Shown here: positions 1-9,969 of the stretch, in pieces
How the letters are laid out: each line of letters starts with the position of its first letter
How positions within the stretch are numbered: position 1 is the stretch's first letter
Source of the DNA: Desulfobacterales bacterium
GTDB taxonomy: Bacteria > Desulfobacterota > Desulfobacteria > Desulfobacterales > UBA2174
Assembly (NCBI GenBank): GCA_963668645.2
Contig: CAXXWC010000021.1
Location: 32,001 to 96,000 of the forward strand
DNA: 64,000 nt
Reading direction: 5' to 3'
Notes under the pieces: generated by a model
The model's input: only the letters and a program-made list of their open reading frames with translations
What the model was told of the DNA's origin: nothing
The model's database searches: none
Translations under genes and position numbers: made by a program

Positions 1-788
1 AGCTTTTTATGGGCGGGGTCGTTCCGGGATTGATGCTCAGCGCCATGTTCATCGCCTTCATCGTCATCCGCTGCATTTTCAACCCGGATTTGGCCCCGCG
101 GCTGATGGAGGTGACCTGGAACGATCGCTGGAAGTCCCTTTCAAAGGTGTGGGCGATCTTGTTTCTCGCAGCGGCCATGCTGCTCGCGATCTATCTGGGC
201 ATCGCCACGCCGGCCGAGATCGCCGGGGTCGGATGTTTCTTCGCCCTGTTGATAGGCTTCGCCTACCGCCGCCTGACCTGGACGGCCATCAAGGGGGCTT
301 TTCTGAGCACCTGCCGCATCACCTGTTTCATCGGCTGGATCCTGGTGGCGGCTACCCTCTTTGGCTACGTGCTCTCCTATCTTCAGCTTCCCCAGCAGTT
401 GGCCGAATGGCTCGTGGCCCAGGCGACCAGCCCGTACGTGATCCTCATCGGTATCAACGTGATCCTGCTTTTTCTGGGCTGCATCATGGACCCGGCCGGA
501 ATCCTTCTGGTGACCATTCCGATCTTCGTTCCGATCATCAAGGCCATCGGGTTCGACCCGGTCTGGTTCGGCGTAATGTTCGTGGTCAATACGGAATTGT
601 CCCAGATCACGCCTCCGCTGGGATTGAACCTGTACATCATCAAGGGGATCACCCCGCCTTCGATTACCTTGAAAGACATTTTGTACGGTGCAGCGCCATT
701 CATGCTGCTGGATCTGGTGGGACTGGCCCTGGTGATCATCTTTCCGGATATTATCCTGTGGCTCCCCTCGAAAATGATGGGCGGATGA
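1..788 (+). CDS. dctM: TRAP transporter large permease (DctM), 5' end outside window
   Basis: Hydrophobic ORF with DctM motifs GVVPGL, ATPAE, GFDPVWFGV, ITPPLGLNLY. Confidence 0.9.
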   Translation, partial: LFMGGVVPGLMLSAMFIAFIVIRCIFNPDLAPRLMEVTWNDRWKSLSKVWAILFLAAAMLLAIYLGIATPAEIAGVGCFFALLIGFAYRRLTWTAIKGAFLSTCRITCFIGWILVAATLFGYVLSYLQLPQQLAEWLVAQATSPYVILIGINVILLFLGCIMDPAGILLVTIPIFVPIIKAIGFDPVWFGVMFVVNTELSQITPPLGLNLYIIKGITPPSITLKDILYGAAPFMLLDLVGLALVIIFPDIILWLPSKMMGG

Positions 789-818
789 AGCAACGATTTG
801 AAAAAGAAAGAAAACAAG

Positions 819-1304
819 ATGGAAGACAAAAACATTCCCCGGGAAGCGATGGCGCTGATCGGGGTTGAAAAACAGCGGCAATACACCGTCACGGAAAAAG
901 ATATCCGGCATTTTGCCCAGGCCATCGGGGATACGAACCCGCTCTACCACGACAGCGAATACGGCAAGCGAACCAAGTATGGGGCGATGGTGGCACCGCC
1001 GCTGTTCTGCCACGCCTTTGCCTTCGAAGACGTTGCCCCCGAAGCGCTTCCGCCGGACGGATCCCCGGTGGAAGCCGATATTCCCATCCCCGCCAAACGG
1101 ATGGTGGGCGGGGGAAGCGTCTTTGAGAGCTATATCCGGTTCCGGCCCGGCGACCAGGTGCGGGTGCGCACCCGGCTCAAGGACCTGTACACCAAGACGG
1201 GCCGAAGCGGCGTCCTCTATTTTATCGTGATCGAAACCTGTTTTTACAACCAGAAAGACGAGCTGGCGGCCAGAGAGACCGCCACTTTTATCAAACGCAT
1301 TTAA
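819..1304 (+). CDS. MaoC/FAS1-like dehydratase N-terminal-type subunit (hot-dog fold)
   Basis: IRHFAQAIGDTNPLYHD...APPLF pattern; ATG at 819 preferred over TTG at 798. Confidence 0.8.
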   Translation: MEDKNIPREAMALIGVEKQRQYTVTEKDIRHFAQAIGDTNPLYHDSEYGKRTKYGAMVAPPLFCHAFAFEDVAPEALPPDGSPVEADIPIPAKRMVGGGSVFESYIRFRPGDQVRVRTRLKDLYTKTGRSGVLYFIVIETCFYNQKDELAARETATFIKRI

Positions 1305-1317
1305 AGCGCGGACCGGC

Positions 1318-1737
1318 ATGGAAAAGATAAAGGACATACCTGAGCAGATCGAAAACGGCGCCCCGTTGGGCACGCTGGTAAAATCCCCGGACGTGAAACA
1401 GATTTTCATGTTCAGCGCCATCACCTGGAACCGCCACGCCATCCATTACAGCCGGGAGATCGCCCGAAGTGAAGGCCACTCGGACGTGGTGGTCCAACGG
1501 GCCCTGATCGGCAATTTTCTGGCCCAGTTTCTGGAACAGTGGGCCCAGGAACGCGGCGAAGTCGAGCGCCTAGAGTGGAAAGTGATTCACAGCGCCATGC
1601 CCGGAGATGAATTGACATGTACCGGCGCTGTAAAACAGACAACCGACTGTTGCCGGGTCGAGTGCGACCTGCAGATGGTCAACCAGACCGGCGACGTAAT
1701 CGCCAAAGGCAGCGGTACGGTGCGCCTGGATCAGTGA
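1318..1737 (+). CDS. MaoC family dehydratase subunit
   Basis: FSAITWNRHAIHYS...A..EG..DVVVQ hydratase-like motif; paired with the previous gene. Confidence 0.75.
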   Translation: MEKIKDIPEQIENGAPLGTLVKSPDVKQIFMFSAITWNRHAIHYSREIARSEGHSDVVVQRALIGNFLAQFLEQWAQERGEVERLEWKVIHSAMPGDELTCTGAVKQTTDCCRVECDLQMVNQTGDVIAKGSGTVRLDQ

Positions 1738-1842
1738 CATGCCATCCGGGGCCGGCACGGGCAAAAGGACGGCCTAATCCGGAATGGTTTTCAACCGCGG
1801 CGCAAGATCGCGGTTATCGGGTTTCAACAAGGAGAATGCAAG

Positions 1843-3621
1843 ATGAAAGAGCGCATTGTCATCGCCAATGCCAGCGGCTTTTGGGGAGATGAAGGGGCCG
1901 CCGTCCGGCGCCAGATCGAAGGCGGACGCGTCGATTACCTCACCGGCGACTATCTGGCCGAGATTACCATGATCATCCTGGCGCGCCAGAAGGAAAAAGA
2001 TCCCCAGGCCGGTTATGCCCGCGATTTTGTTCAGTCTCTGAGCGAAGTGCTCGGGCAGATCGCCGAAAAAGGAATCACCGTCATCACCAACGCCGGCGGA
2101 ATCAATCCAAAGGCCTGCGCCGAAGCCCTCGAAGCGCAGATCGCGGCCCAGGGGCTCGACCTTCCGGTAGCCGTAGTCGATGGCGACGACCTCATGCCCC
2201 GGCTGCCGGAAATGATCGCCGGCGGCTGTCCCTTTACCCATCTGGATTCCGGCGAGTCCCTGGCCGGACTGGCCGACCGGGTGGTTTCGGCCAATGCCTA
2301 CCTTGGCGCCAGGCCCATCGTGGCGGCCCTGGACCAGGGGGCGCGGATCGTCGTCACCGGCCGGACCTACGATGCGGCCAGCGTGGTGGCGCCCATTGTC
2401 CATGAATTCGGATGGTCCTGGGAGGATTACGACCGTCTGGCGGCGGCCCTGCTGGCCGGCCACCTCATCGAATGCGGGGCCCAGTCCACCGGCGGCAACT
2501 ATTCGCTGTGGCGCGAAGTGCCTTCCTATACCAACATGGGATACCCTCTGGTGGAAGTGCTGGCGGACGGCTCCTTCTACCTGACCAAGCATCCGGGCAC
2601 GGGCGGCCTGGTGAGCACCCGCACGGCCAAAGAGCAGATTTTGTATGAAATCGGCGATCCGCGCATGTATATGAGCCCCGACGTAATCGCCGATTTCACC
2701 TCCTTTACCATTGCAGATGACGGACCGGACCGGGTGCTCATCCAAGGGGGCAAGGGCCAGGCGCCGCCGCCCAACCTAAAGGTTTCCGTAAACTACAAGG
2801 CAGGCTACAAGGTCGTGGCCATGCTGGTGGTCAGCGGTCCAGACGTCCTGGCCAAGGCCCAGGCCTTTGCCGAGATGTTCTGGGATCGCGTCGGCACCGA
2901 TTTCGACGAAAAGCGTACGGATTTTGTCGGCTATTCGGCTTGCTGGGGTGAATCGGCGGCCCCGCCCAACAACCCCAACGAAATCATCCTGCGGTTTGCC
3001 GCGCGCTCCCGGGAAAAGGCCCCCCTGGCCAAGATGAGCCGCGAAATCGCCGGCATGATCCTTGCCGGCCCTCCCGGGGTAACGGTCTTCGGCGGCCGGC
3101 CCCAGGTCCAGTCGGCATTCGGGTTCTGGCCGGCCGTGATTCCCCGGGATCTGGTCACGGCCCGGCTCCGGTTCAGGGGCTGTGAAACCCTGTTCAGTTG
3201 CGAAACCGGACAGTTTCAGGAACCTGCAACCGTCGAGTTCCCCCCTCTTTCGCTTCCGGAAGCCGGCGAACGCGTCCGCGTACCCCTGTCACGGGTGGCC
3301 CACGCGCGCTCCGGGGACAAGGGAGACCTGTGCAATATCGGGGTAGCCGCCCTTGACTCGCGGTTCTATCCGGAGCTGGTCCGTGAACTGACGCCTGAAA
3401 AAATCGCCGCCTATTTCAAGACCAACGTCCACGGCCCGGTAGATCGCTATCGTCTGGACAATATCAGTGCCCTGAATTTTGTCCTGCACCATGCTCTTGA
3501 CGGCGGCGGAACCGTATCGCTGCTGCTCGACAACCAGGGCAAAACCCTCTCCCAGGCTCTGTTGAACATGCCGGTGGAAATCCGCAGCGACCTGCTTGGC
3601 GAATCGGCCATGCACAATTGA
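1843..3621 (+). CDS. Acyclic terpene utilization AtuA family protein (DUF1446)
   Basis: IANASGFWGD, DYLAEITM, SANAYLGA, GHLIECGAQSTGGNY, ARSGDKG motifs. Confidence 0.9.
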   Translation: MKERIVIANASGFWGDEGAAVRRQIEGGRVDYLTGDYLAEITMIILARQKEKDPQAGYARDFVQSLSEVLGQIAEKGITVITNAGGINPKACAEALEAQIAAQGLDLPVAVVDGDDLMPRLPEMIAGGCPFTHLDSGESLAGLADRVVSANAYLGARPIVAALDQGARIVVTGRTYDAASVVAPIVHEFGWSWEDYDRLAAALLAGHLIECGAQSTGGNYSLWREVPSYTNMGYPLVEVLADGSFYLTKHPGTGGLVSTRTAKEQILYEIGDPRMYMSPDVIADFTSFTIADDGPDRVLIQGGKGQAPPPNLKVSVNYKAGYKVVAMLVVSGPDVLAKAQAFAEMFWDRVGTDFDEKRTDFVGYSACWGESAAPPNNPNEIILRFAARSREKAPLAKMSREIAGMILAGPPGVTVFGGRPQVQSAFGFWPAVIPRDLVTARLRFRGCETLFSCETGQFQEPATVEFPPLSLPEAGERVRVPLSRVAHARSGDKGDLCNIGVAALDSRFYPELVRELTPEKIAAYFKTNVHGPVDRYRLDNISALNFVLHHALDGGGTVSLLLDNQGKTLSQALLNMPVEIRSDLLGESAMHN

Positions 3622-3624
3622 ACC

Positions 3625-3714
3625 GGACCGGCGCCCGCAGGATCGAAGTAGCGCAAGGAAGCTTTATTCCCTCCCCCTTTCCTAAGATGCGCTTCGATCC
3701 TGCGGGTCCGGTCC
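3625..3714 (+). terminator. Long stem-loop immediately after the atuA-like stop (terminator or mRNA stabiliser)
   Basis: Perfect 15-bp inverted repeat CCCGCAGGATCGAAG 3634-3648 / 3692-3706, extended by flanking GGACCGG; no U-tract. Confidence 0.5.
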
Positions 3715-4018
3715 TCCCTTCCGAATCACCTTCACGACCCCTTTGAAGACCGGCGTGCCAGCCAAACCGAAACATTACTCGCCAGCCCTTCCGATCCATA
3801 CCCAACCGTGCCAAACCCGATCAGTATCGGGTCGTCAGACGCTGACTTTGCCGGCCGCCTGAGGCGCTTTTTACCTTTCATAAAGTTACCCCAGGCCTGA
3901 AGAAAGTCTTGCATAACGGACGCGGCCTTTTCCACTGGTGAATGATTTACCCGGTTTTATGCAAAACATCGCCTGAAACATGGGAAAATCCGGCCGCAAA
4001 CATCATGACAATTTTTGC

Positions 4019-4086
4019 TTGACAGCATGATCAATCCTGTCCAAAGTAATGCTACTGAATCGCATTGACTGCTACACAGTAGCATT
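4019..4086 (+). promoter_or_regulatory. Probable iclR promoter with palindromic operator(s)
   Basis: TTGACA at 4019-4024; inverted repeat AATGCTACTG (4048-4057) / CAGTAGCATT (4077-4086); internal palindrome TGCTAC-aca-GTAGCA. Confidence 0.5.
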
Positions 4087-4117
4087 TATAACAATCTCTC
4101 CCAGAGACGGGGGCCTC

Positions 4118-4939
4118 ATGCGACCCAAAACTTCCAGCACGAAAAGCCAGCGCAGGGAAGCCGACCGCCACATCGATGTGGTCCAGAAAGCGCTCGAGAT
4201 CCTGGACGTTTTTGATTCAATGGCGGAGGTCAACCTGAAGCAGATCTCGGAATCGACCGGCATCACAGCCAACCGGGCGATCCGGATTCTGGGCACTCTC
4301 GAATCCAAGGGGTACGTAAGCCGCAGTGCCGACACCCGCACCTATCGCCTGGGCTACCGTGCCCTTGCTCTAGGAAAATCCTTCGAAAAACACAACAACC
4401 TGACCAGCATCAGCCGCCCAGTACTCAAGCAGATAGTGAGCATTTGCGGCGAGTCGGCCTCTCTGTTCGTCGTTTCGGGCGGTATGCGCATGGTGTTGGC
4501 GCGCGAGGAGGGCACCCACGGCATCCGCTTCGCCGTCACCGAGGGACAGCGCATGCCGTTGCACGCCGGTGCAGGTGGCAAAATTCTCCTGGCCTTCGGC
4601 GAAAAGAAACTGCTCGATCAGACGTTGGCCAAGCAAGAACTCATCGCCATCACGGAGCGGACCATCACCGATAAAGCGCAACTGATCCGGACCTTGGCCA
4701 GCGTTCGCGAGAAGGGATACGCCATCAGTCAGGGCGAACGTATCCGGGATTCGCGGGCCATCGCGGTACCTGTTTTTGGTCACGACGGTTTGTTAGTCGG
4801 AGCCTTGGGCATCGGCGGTCCCGAAAGCCGCCTCCAGGGAGAGCGACTGCAAAAGAGCCTCGATCTACTCATCGACGCGGCACGATCTCTCTCGAAAATG
4901 CTCGGCTGGGAATCGGCCACCGGCTGCCCGCTTTCATAG
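4118..4939 (+). CDS. IclR family transcriptional regulator
   Basis: N-terminal HTH (VQKALEIL...RILGTLESKGYV); effector domain motifs PLHAGAGGKILLA and AIAVPVF; start moved to ATG 4118. Confidence 0.9.
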   Translation: MRPKTSSTKSQRREADRHIDVVQKALEILDVFDSMAEVNLKQISESTGITANRAIRILGTLESKGYVSRSADTRTYRLGYRALALGKSFEKHNNLTSISRPVLKQIVSICGESASLFVVSGGMRMVLAREEGTHGIRFAVTEGQRMPLHAGAGGKILLAFGEKKLLDQTLAKQELIAITERTITDKAQLIRTLASVREKGYAISQGERIRDSRAIAVPVFGHDGLLVGALGIGGPESRLQGERLQKSLDLLIDAARSLSKMLGWESATGCPLS

Positions 4940-4986
4940 GAAGGAAGATTCAACTATCAATACAAAAAGTTAAAAGGAGGCAAGCG

Positions 4987-5970
4987 ATGAAAAAATCGGC
5001 CGCTCTTATGGTTCTCGTGGCAGCCACCGTCATGTTAATGATTTGCCCTGCACCTGCATCGGACTGGCCCCAAAAGAGCATCAGCATCGTCGTTCCCTAC
5101 AAGGCCGGCGGCAGCGCGGACCGCCTGGCCCGGGGAATCGCACCGTTTCTGGAAAAGGAACTGGGGCAACCGGTGGTGATCGAAAACCGGCCCGGGGCCG
5201 GCAGTCAGGTCGGCACCCTGCTGTTCTTGAGCCGGCCGGCGGATGGCAATAGCGTCTTGCTTGCCGTTCAACCTTATATGAGCGCCACCATGGTGCTGCA
5301 GGGCGCCAAGTATTCCATCGACGACTTCGAAGTTGTCAACGCCGAAAACGTCGGCGCCATCAGCGTTTCGGTCCCCAACGATTCGCCTTACAAAACCTTC
5401 GACGACTTGCACCAAGCAATCAAAAAGAATCCTGCCCAGATCAAGGTCGGCACCGTCCAAGGCGGAAGCCCCCATCTACTGACCTTGCTGCTCATGGAAA
5501 AACTCGGCTGGGATGTGCGGGTGGTGAACTACAGCTCCGGAGCGCCGATCCGGACGGCATTGCTTGGCGGGCATATCGATTTTTCCACCAACGGCGCCGT
5601 GGCGGATGCCACCATGAAGCCTAACGCCCGGTCCCTGGCACTATCCACGGACACCAAGTTGGCGGTGTGGCCCGATGCCCCTTACATCAACGACGTCTTG
5701 CAATCATATCAGATGAACGTGCCCCAGGTCGGCGACGTCCGCCTTTTCGCCTTCAAGAAGGGATTCAAAGAAAAGTACCCCCAACGCTGGGAAACCTTTC
5801 TGCGAGCCTACCGCAACGTGCTCAACAGCAGTGAATACCGGCAGTACACCGAAAAAATCGGCACTGCCGCAGAAACGGCCTTCCGCGGACCGGAAAAGAG
5901 CCAGACACTGGTCAGGGACGTGCACCAGCTCCTGGTGAAATACAAGGACCGCTTCAACAAGAAGAAATAA
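4987..5970 (+). CDS. tctC: Tripartite tricarboxylate transporter substrate-binding protein (TctC/Bug)
   Basis: Signal peptide, WPQKSISIVVPYKAGGSAD, VVIENRPGAG; RBS AAGGAGG. Confidence 0.9.
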   Translation: MKKSAALMVLVAATVMLMICPAPASDWPQKSISIVVPYKAGGSADRLARGIAPFLEKELGQPVVIENRPGAGSQVGTLLFLSRPADGNSVLLAVQPYMSATMVLQGAKYSIDDFEVVNAENVGAISVSVPNDSPYKTFDDLHQAIKKNPAQIKVGTVQGGSPHLLTLLLMEKLGWDVRVVNYSSGAPIRTALLGGHIDFSTNGAVADATMKPNARSLALSTDTKLAVWPDAPYINDVLQSYQMNVPQVGDVRLFAFKKGFKEKYPQRWETFLRAYRNVLNSSEYRQYTEKIGTAAETAFRGPEKSQTLVRDVHQLLVKYKDRFNKKK

Positions 5971-6078
5971 ACGGCCGGGAGGGCTCCGGCGGCTTGATCG
6001 GCGCTCTGGAGCCCGCCACAATCCCGAGTGCGGTTCATGGCGGGGTAACACGATCCTAATCCACCCAAAGGGTTTGAT

Positions 6079-6516
6079 ATGAACAAACTCGAGCACCTGA
6101 TTCCGCCGTCGATCATCTTTGTCTATACGGCACTCTATCTCTTTTATAACCAGGACTTGGCGACCGAAGACATGCTGTTGGTCAAGCCGTTGATCTATGC
6201 GGTATTAGCCTTGTCGGTCTACGTTGGCCTGCGGGCTGTGGCCGGCCATCAGGAGTCGGGCGACAAGTCAGCCCGCAAGGGCACGCTCCCTGTCGCCAAT
6301 CGCATCGGTTTCGTCCTGATTACAATCGCCTATCTGGTCGCCCTCCAGTATGCGTTTGTCTTATCGTCGTCGGCCTACCTGGTAGCGACCATGGTGCTGC
6401 TGGGGGTTCGCAAGAAGATCTTTGTGGGTCTCATGGCCATCGGTTATCCGATTTTTTTGTATATTCTTTTTTCATACCTGATGGTGCCGTTGCCGCATAT
6501 TACGGACCGGTTTTGA
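6079..6516 (+). CDS. tctB: Tripartite tricarboxylate transporter small membrane subunit TctB
   Basis: 145-aa hydrophobic ORF ending F..L.VPLP, located between tctC and tctA. Confidence 0.75.
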   Translation: MNKLEHLIPPSIIFVYTALYLFYNQDLATEDMLLVKPLIYAVLALSVYVGLRAVAGHQESGDKSARKGTLPVANRIGFVLITIAYLVALQYAFVLSSSAYLVATMVLLGVRKKIFVGLMAIGYPIFLYILFSYLMVPLPHITDRF

Positions 6517-6525
6517 GGAAAAACC

Positions 6526-8031
6526 ATGTGGGAACTCCTTGCACAGGGAATGAACACGGTTTTCACCGTGGATGTACTGATCATGGCTATCGCCGGAATC
6601 ACGGTAGGGATTATCGCCGGAGGGATTCCCGGGTTGAATGCCGGCATCGCCATCGCGCTCATGCTGCCGGCGACCTATAAGATGGAATTTTTCAATGCGT
6701 TGGTGTTTCTGACGTCCATTTATACCGGAGGCGTGTTCGGCGGCGCTGTGACGGCCATCCTGATCAACGCACCGGGCGCGCCAGCCGCCATCGCCACCGT
6801 TTTCGACGGCTATCCGATGACAAAAAAGGGAATGTCCAACGAGGCCTTAGGACTGAGCCTGGGAGCCTCGGCCATGGGAGGACTGTTGGGGATGGTATTT
6901 CTGCTGTTCGTTATCTCGCCCCTGGCCCAGTTCGCCTTGAAGTTCGGCCCCCCCGAGATGTTCCTGCTGGTGGTCCTGGCCTTGACGTCCATCGCGTCCA
7001 TCTCCCGCACGGACTTGGCCAAAGGGTTGCTGGCAGGACTGTTCGGGATTCTGCTCGGCAGCGTCGGCATGACCGCCTCCGGTACGATCCGTTTTACCTT
7101 CGGATCGGTCTACCTGATCGACGGCATTCCGGTTATTCCAGCCCTTATCGGCTTCATCGCTGTCTCCGAGCTGCTGACACTCATCGGCAAGGATTACATC
7201 ACCCAGACCGGCAGTGGGCAGAAGCAGGAATTCCGCAAGATTATGGCCGGAATCTGGATGGTGCCCAAAAACGCTCTCAGCCTGGTACGATCCTCAATGA
7301 TCGGCATCGGTATCGGTGCCGTACCGGGCGTCGGTGCAACGGTGGGCAGCCTCATTTCCTATGACGTGGCAAAGCGGTTCTCCAAGCGCTCCGAGGAGTT
7401 CGGCACCGGACTGCCCGAGGGCGTCATCGCCGCAGAGGCGGCGAACAACTCTTCCGAGGGCGGTGCCATGGCGACCATGCTCGCCCTGGGAATTCCGGGC
7501 GGAGCCGCCACCGCGATCCTCATCGGGGCCTTTACACTCCAAGGGCTGATCCCCGGGCCCCGGCTGCTTATCGAAAACAAAGAACTGGTCTACTCGCTGA
7601 TCGGCGCCGAGATGCTCGAAGAGGTTCTGCTGTTGTTGATCGGGGCGGTAATTGCCTCCTTTTTCGTCAAAGCACTGTATGTGCCGACCCGTATTCTGGT
7701 TCCATTGATTATGGTGATTTGCTTCCTGGGCGCCTTCTCGGTTCGCAACACCTTTTTTGACGCCTATCTGTTATTCGGATTCGGACTGATCGGCTGGCTC
7801 ATGAAGCGGCACCATTACCCGGTGATCGCCACGGTGATCGGCATCATCCTGGGGCCGATCGCCGACGCCGAGCTGCTCAGGACCTACCAGATGTACGGTA
7901 GCGATATGACCGTTTTTCTCAAACGGCCCATCTGTCTGACGTTGGTGATCTTCATCACCCTCAGCCTCGTCTTCACGCCGGTGCTGCAATTTGTCCGCAG
8001 TCGATGGAAACAGCAGAGTAACGGGTCCTGA
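6526..8031 (+). CDS. tctA: Tripartite tricarboxylate transporter permease TctA
   Basis: GIPGL, ILINAPG.PA..AT.FDGYPM, AAEAANN, LALGIPG, GLIPGP motifs. Confidence 0.92.
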   Translation: MWELLAQGMNTVFTVDVLIMAIAGITVGIIAGGIPGLNAGIAIALMLPATYKMEFFNALVFLTSIYTGGVFGGAVTAILINAPGAPAAIATVFDGYPMTKKGMSNEALGLSLGASAMGGLLGMVFLLFVISPLAQFALKFGPPEMFLLVVLALTSIASISRTDLAKGLLAGLFGILLGSVGMTASGTIRFTFGSVYLIDGIPVIPALIGFIAVSELLTLIGKDYITQTGSGQKQEFRKIMAGIWMVPKNALSLVRSSMIGIGIGAVPGVGATVGSLISYDVAKRFSKRSEEFGTGLPEGVIAAEAANNSSEGGAMATMLALGIPGGAATAILIGAFTLQGLIPGPRLLIENKELVYSLIGAEMLEEVLLLLIGAVIASFFVKALYVPTRILVPLIMVICFLGAFSVRNTFFDAYLLFGFGLIGWLMKRHHYPVIATVIGIILGPIADAELLRTYQMYGSDMTVFLKRPICLTLVIFITLSLVFTPVLQFVRSRWKQQSNGS

Positions 8032-8088
8032 CGGCCCCCGGTAGGCCGTTTATGCGCGGGACGTTGATGCCCGCAAAGGAGGAAAAAG

Positions 8089-8674
8089 ATGGCGATAGAA
8101 AACGAAAGAGAACGGGTCCGGGGTGCTTTCCCGAAGCTGTCCTTGATCGAAAACGAAACGCTGCACGCCAAAGTCATCGACATCTGGGTCCAGGCCTGGC
8201 GGTCGTCGAACTGGGAGGATCTCGAAGCGTGCCCCTTCAATCCGGAATTCCCTGACCTCTCCCTGGTGGGGCATGTCAACTGTTTGGCCGATCTTTTGCC
8301 GGCGGCGGTGGAGATACTCGGCCGACACTATCCTGAGGTCGCCTTGGACAACGACAGGCTTCTGGCCGGAGTCTTTCTTCACGATATCAGTAAGATTCTC
8401 GAAATCGAGCCGGGCCCGGACGGAACCCCGCAGTTCACCGAACTGACCCGTCAGATGCCCCACGCGGTATACGGCGCCTTTCTGGCGCTAAAGGCGGACC
8501 TGCCCCCTCGATCTGGTCAACATGATCCTGGCCCACACCCGGCATACGGGCGCCAAACCGGTTACGGGCGAAGCGGTGCTCCTGCACTATCTCGACTACA
8601 TGCTGGCCGACGTGCTGCGCTTCGGCAGATCCTTGGATCTGATCATGGAGGGAAAAAGTCGCTACGGGCGCTGA
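8089..8674 (+). pseudogene. HD-domain phosphohydrolase with an apparent +1 frameshift (or sequencing error)
   Basis: H..LHDISK..H motifs. Removing one C from the C5 run at 8503-8507 gives ...LPLDLVNMILAHT...LLHYLDY... ending TGA 8672-8674, which completes the HD fold. Confidence 0.75.
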
Positions 8675-8725
8675 GGCCACGGGCGACATGTCATATCAAC
8701 ACCGTTTCGCAATGGAGAACAGTAG

Positions 8726-9943
8726 ATGAGTCATCAGTACAAGCAGGCACTAGAAGGAATACGGGTCCTCGACATTTCAAATCTGATCGCCGGCCCGGGC
8801 ATCTCCACCAACCTGGCCGACTTCGGCGCAGATGTGATCAAGATTGAGCATCCCAGGATGGGCGACTACCTGAGAAACTGGGGCGCAAAAAAAGACGGTG
8901 TCCCCCTGGCCTGGAAGATACAAGCCAGGGGCAAGCGACTGCTGGCTGTGGACATCAACAAACTCGAAGGGCAGCAGATCGTAAAAACACTGGCCGCCAA
9001 GGCCGACATCATGATCGAAAATTTCAGGCCGGGAAAGATAGAACAGTGGGGCCTGGGCTACGATGTGCTTTCGGCGCAGAACAAGAAGCTGATCCTGGTC
9101 CGGGTCACCGGGTGGGGCCAGACCGGACCATACAAGGAGCGCCCCGGTTTCGGAACCCTGGCCGAATCGGTCAGCGGTTTTGCCCACATTACGGGCCAGC
9201 CCGACGGCCCACCGACCCTGCCCCCCTTCGGCCTGGCGGACGGCGTCACCGCCCTAGTCGGCACCTACGCCGCCATGATGGCCCTCTACTACCGCGACAC
9301 CCAGGATGCTCCTGGGCAGGTCATCGACCTGAGCATCTATGAACCTTTCTTTTCCATCCTCGGCCCCCAAGCCATCGAGTACGATCAGCTCGGCATCGTC
9401 CAGGAACGCACCGGCAATCGCTCCCCCAGGGGCGTGCCGCGCAACTCTTACGAAACCGCCGACGGCCGCTGGGTCTCTATCTCGGCGGCCGCGGGCAATC
9501 TCGCCTTCAGGGTGTTCAAGGCCATCGGGCGGGAAGACATGGTCGATGATCCGAAATACGGCAGCGCCGCCAACCGGCTGGCCAACGGAGACGAGATCGA
9601 CGCCATCATTGCCGCCTGGATCAAGACGCGCCCGCTGAATGAGGTTCTGGCGACCTTTGAAGCGCACCAAGTGCCCATAGCGCCGATCTACGACATCGCC
9701 CAGATCATGCAAGACCCCCAGTACCAGGCGCGCAATACCGTCTGTGAAGTGGCGGATGAAGACTTCGGCGTGGTGAAAATGGCCAACATCCCCCCCCGAC
9801 TCTCGCTGACACCCGGTCGGATCCGGCACGCAGGGCGCACCCAGATCGGACATGACACGGTCCAGATCCTGAAGGAAGCGGGCTTCTCGGACAAGGAGAT
9901 ACACGACCTGGACGCACGCGGGATCGTCAAGATCGGCGCCTAA
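8726..9943 (+). CDS. Family III CoA transferase (CaiB/BaiF)
   Basis: LEGIRVLD, LADFGADVIKIEHP, ENFRPG, GWGQTGPY motifs. Confidence 0.93.
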   Translation: MSHQYKQALEGIRVLDISNLIAGPGISTNLADFGADVIKIEHPRMGDYLRNWGAKKDGVPLAWKIQARGKRLLAVDINKLEGQQIVKTLAAKADIMIENFRPGKIEQWGLGYDVLSAQNKKLILVRVTGWGQTGPYKERPGFGTLAESVSGFAHITGQPDGPPTLPPFGLADGVTALVGTYAAMMALYYRDTQDAPGQVIDLSIYEPFFSILGPQAIEYDQLGIVQERTGNRSPRGVPRNSYETADGRWVSISAAAGNLAFRVFKAIGREDMVDDPKYGSAANRLANGDEIDAIIAAWIKTRPLNEVLATFEAHQVPIAPIYDIAQIMQDPQYQARNTVCEVADEDFGVVKMANIPPRLSLTPGRIRHAGRTQIGHDTVQILKEAGFSDKEIHDLDARGIVKIGA

Positions 9944-9969
9944 GTCGTTGGGCAGGAGGAAATGACGGT

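Noticed and set aside
3625..3714. Long hairpin as a riboswitch or sRNA
   Set aside because: No known aptamer motif; position right after a stop codon fits a 3' stem-loop
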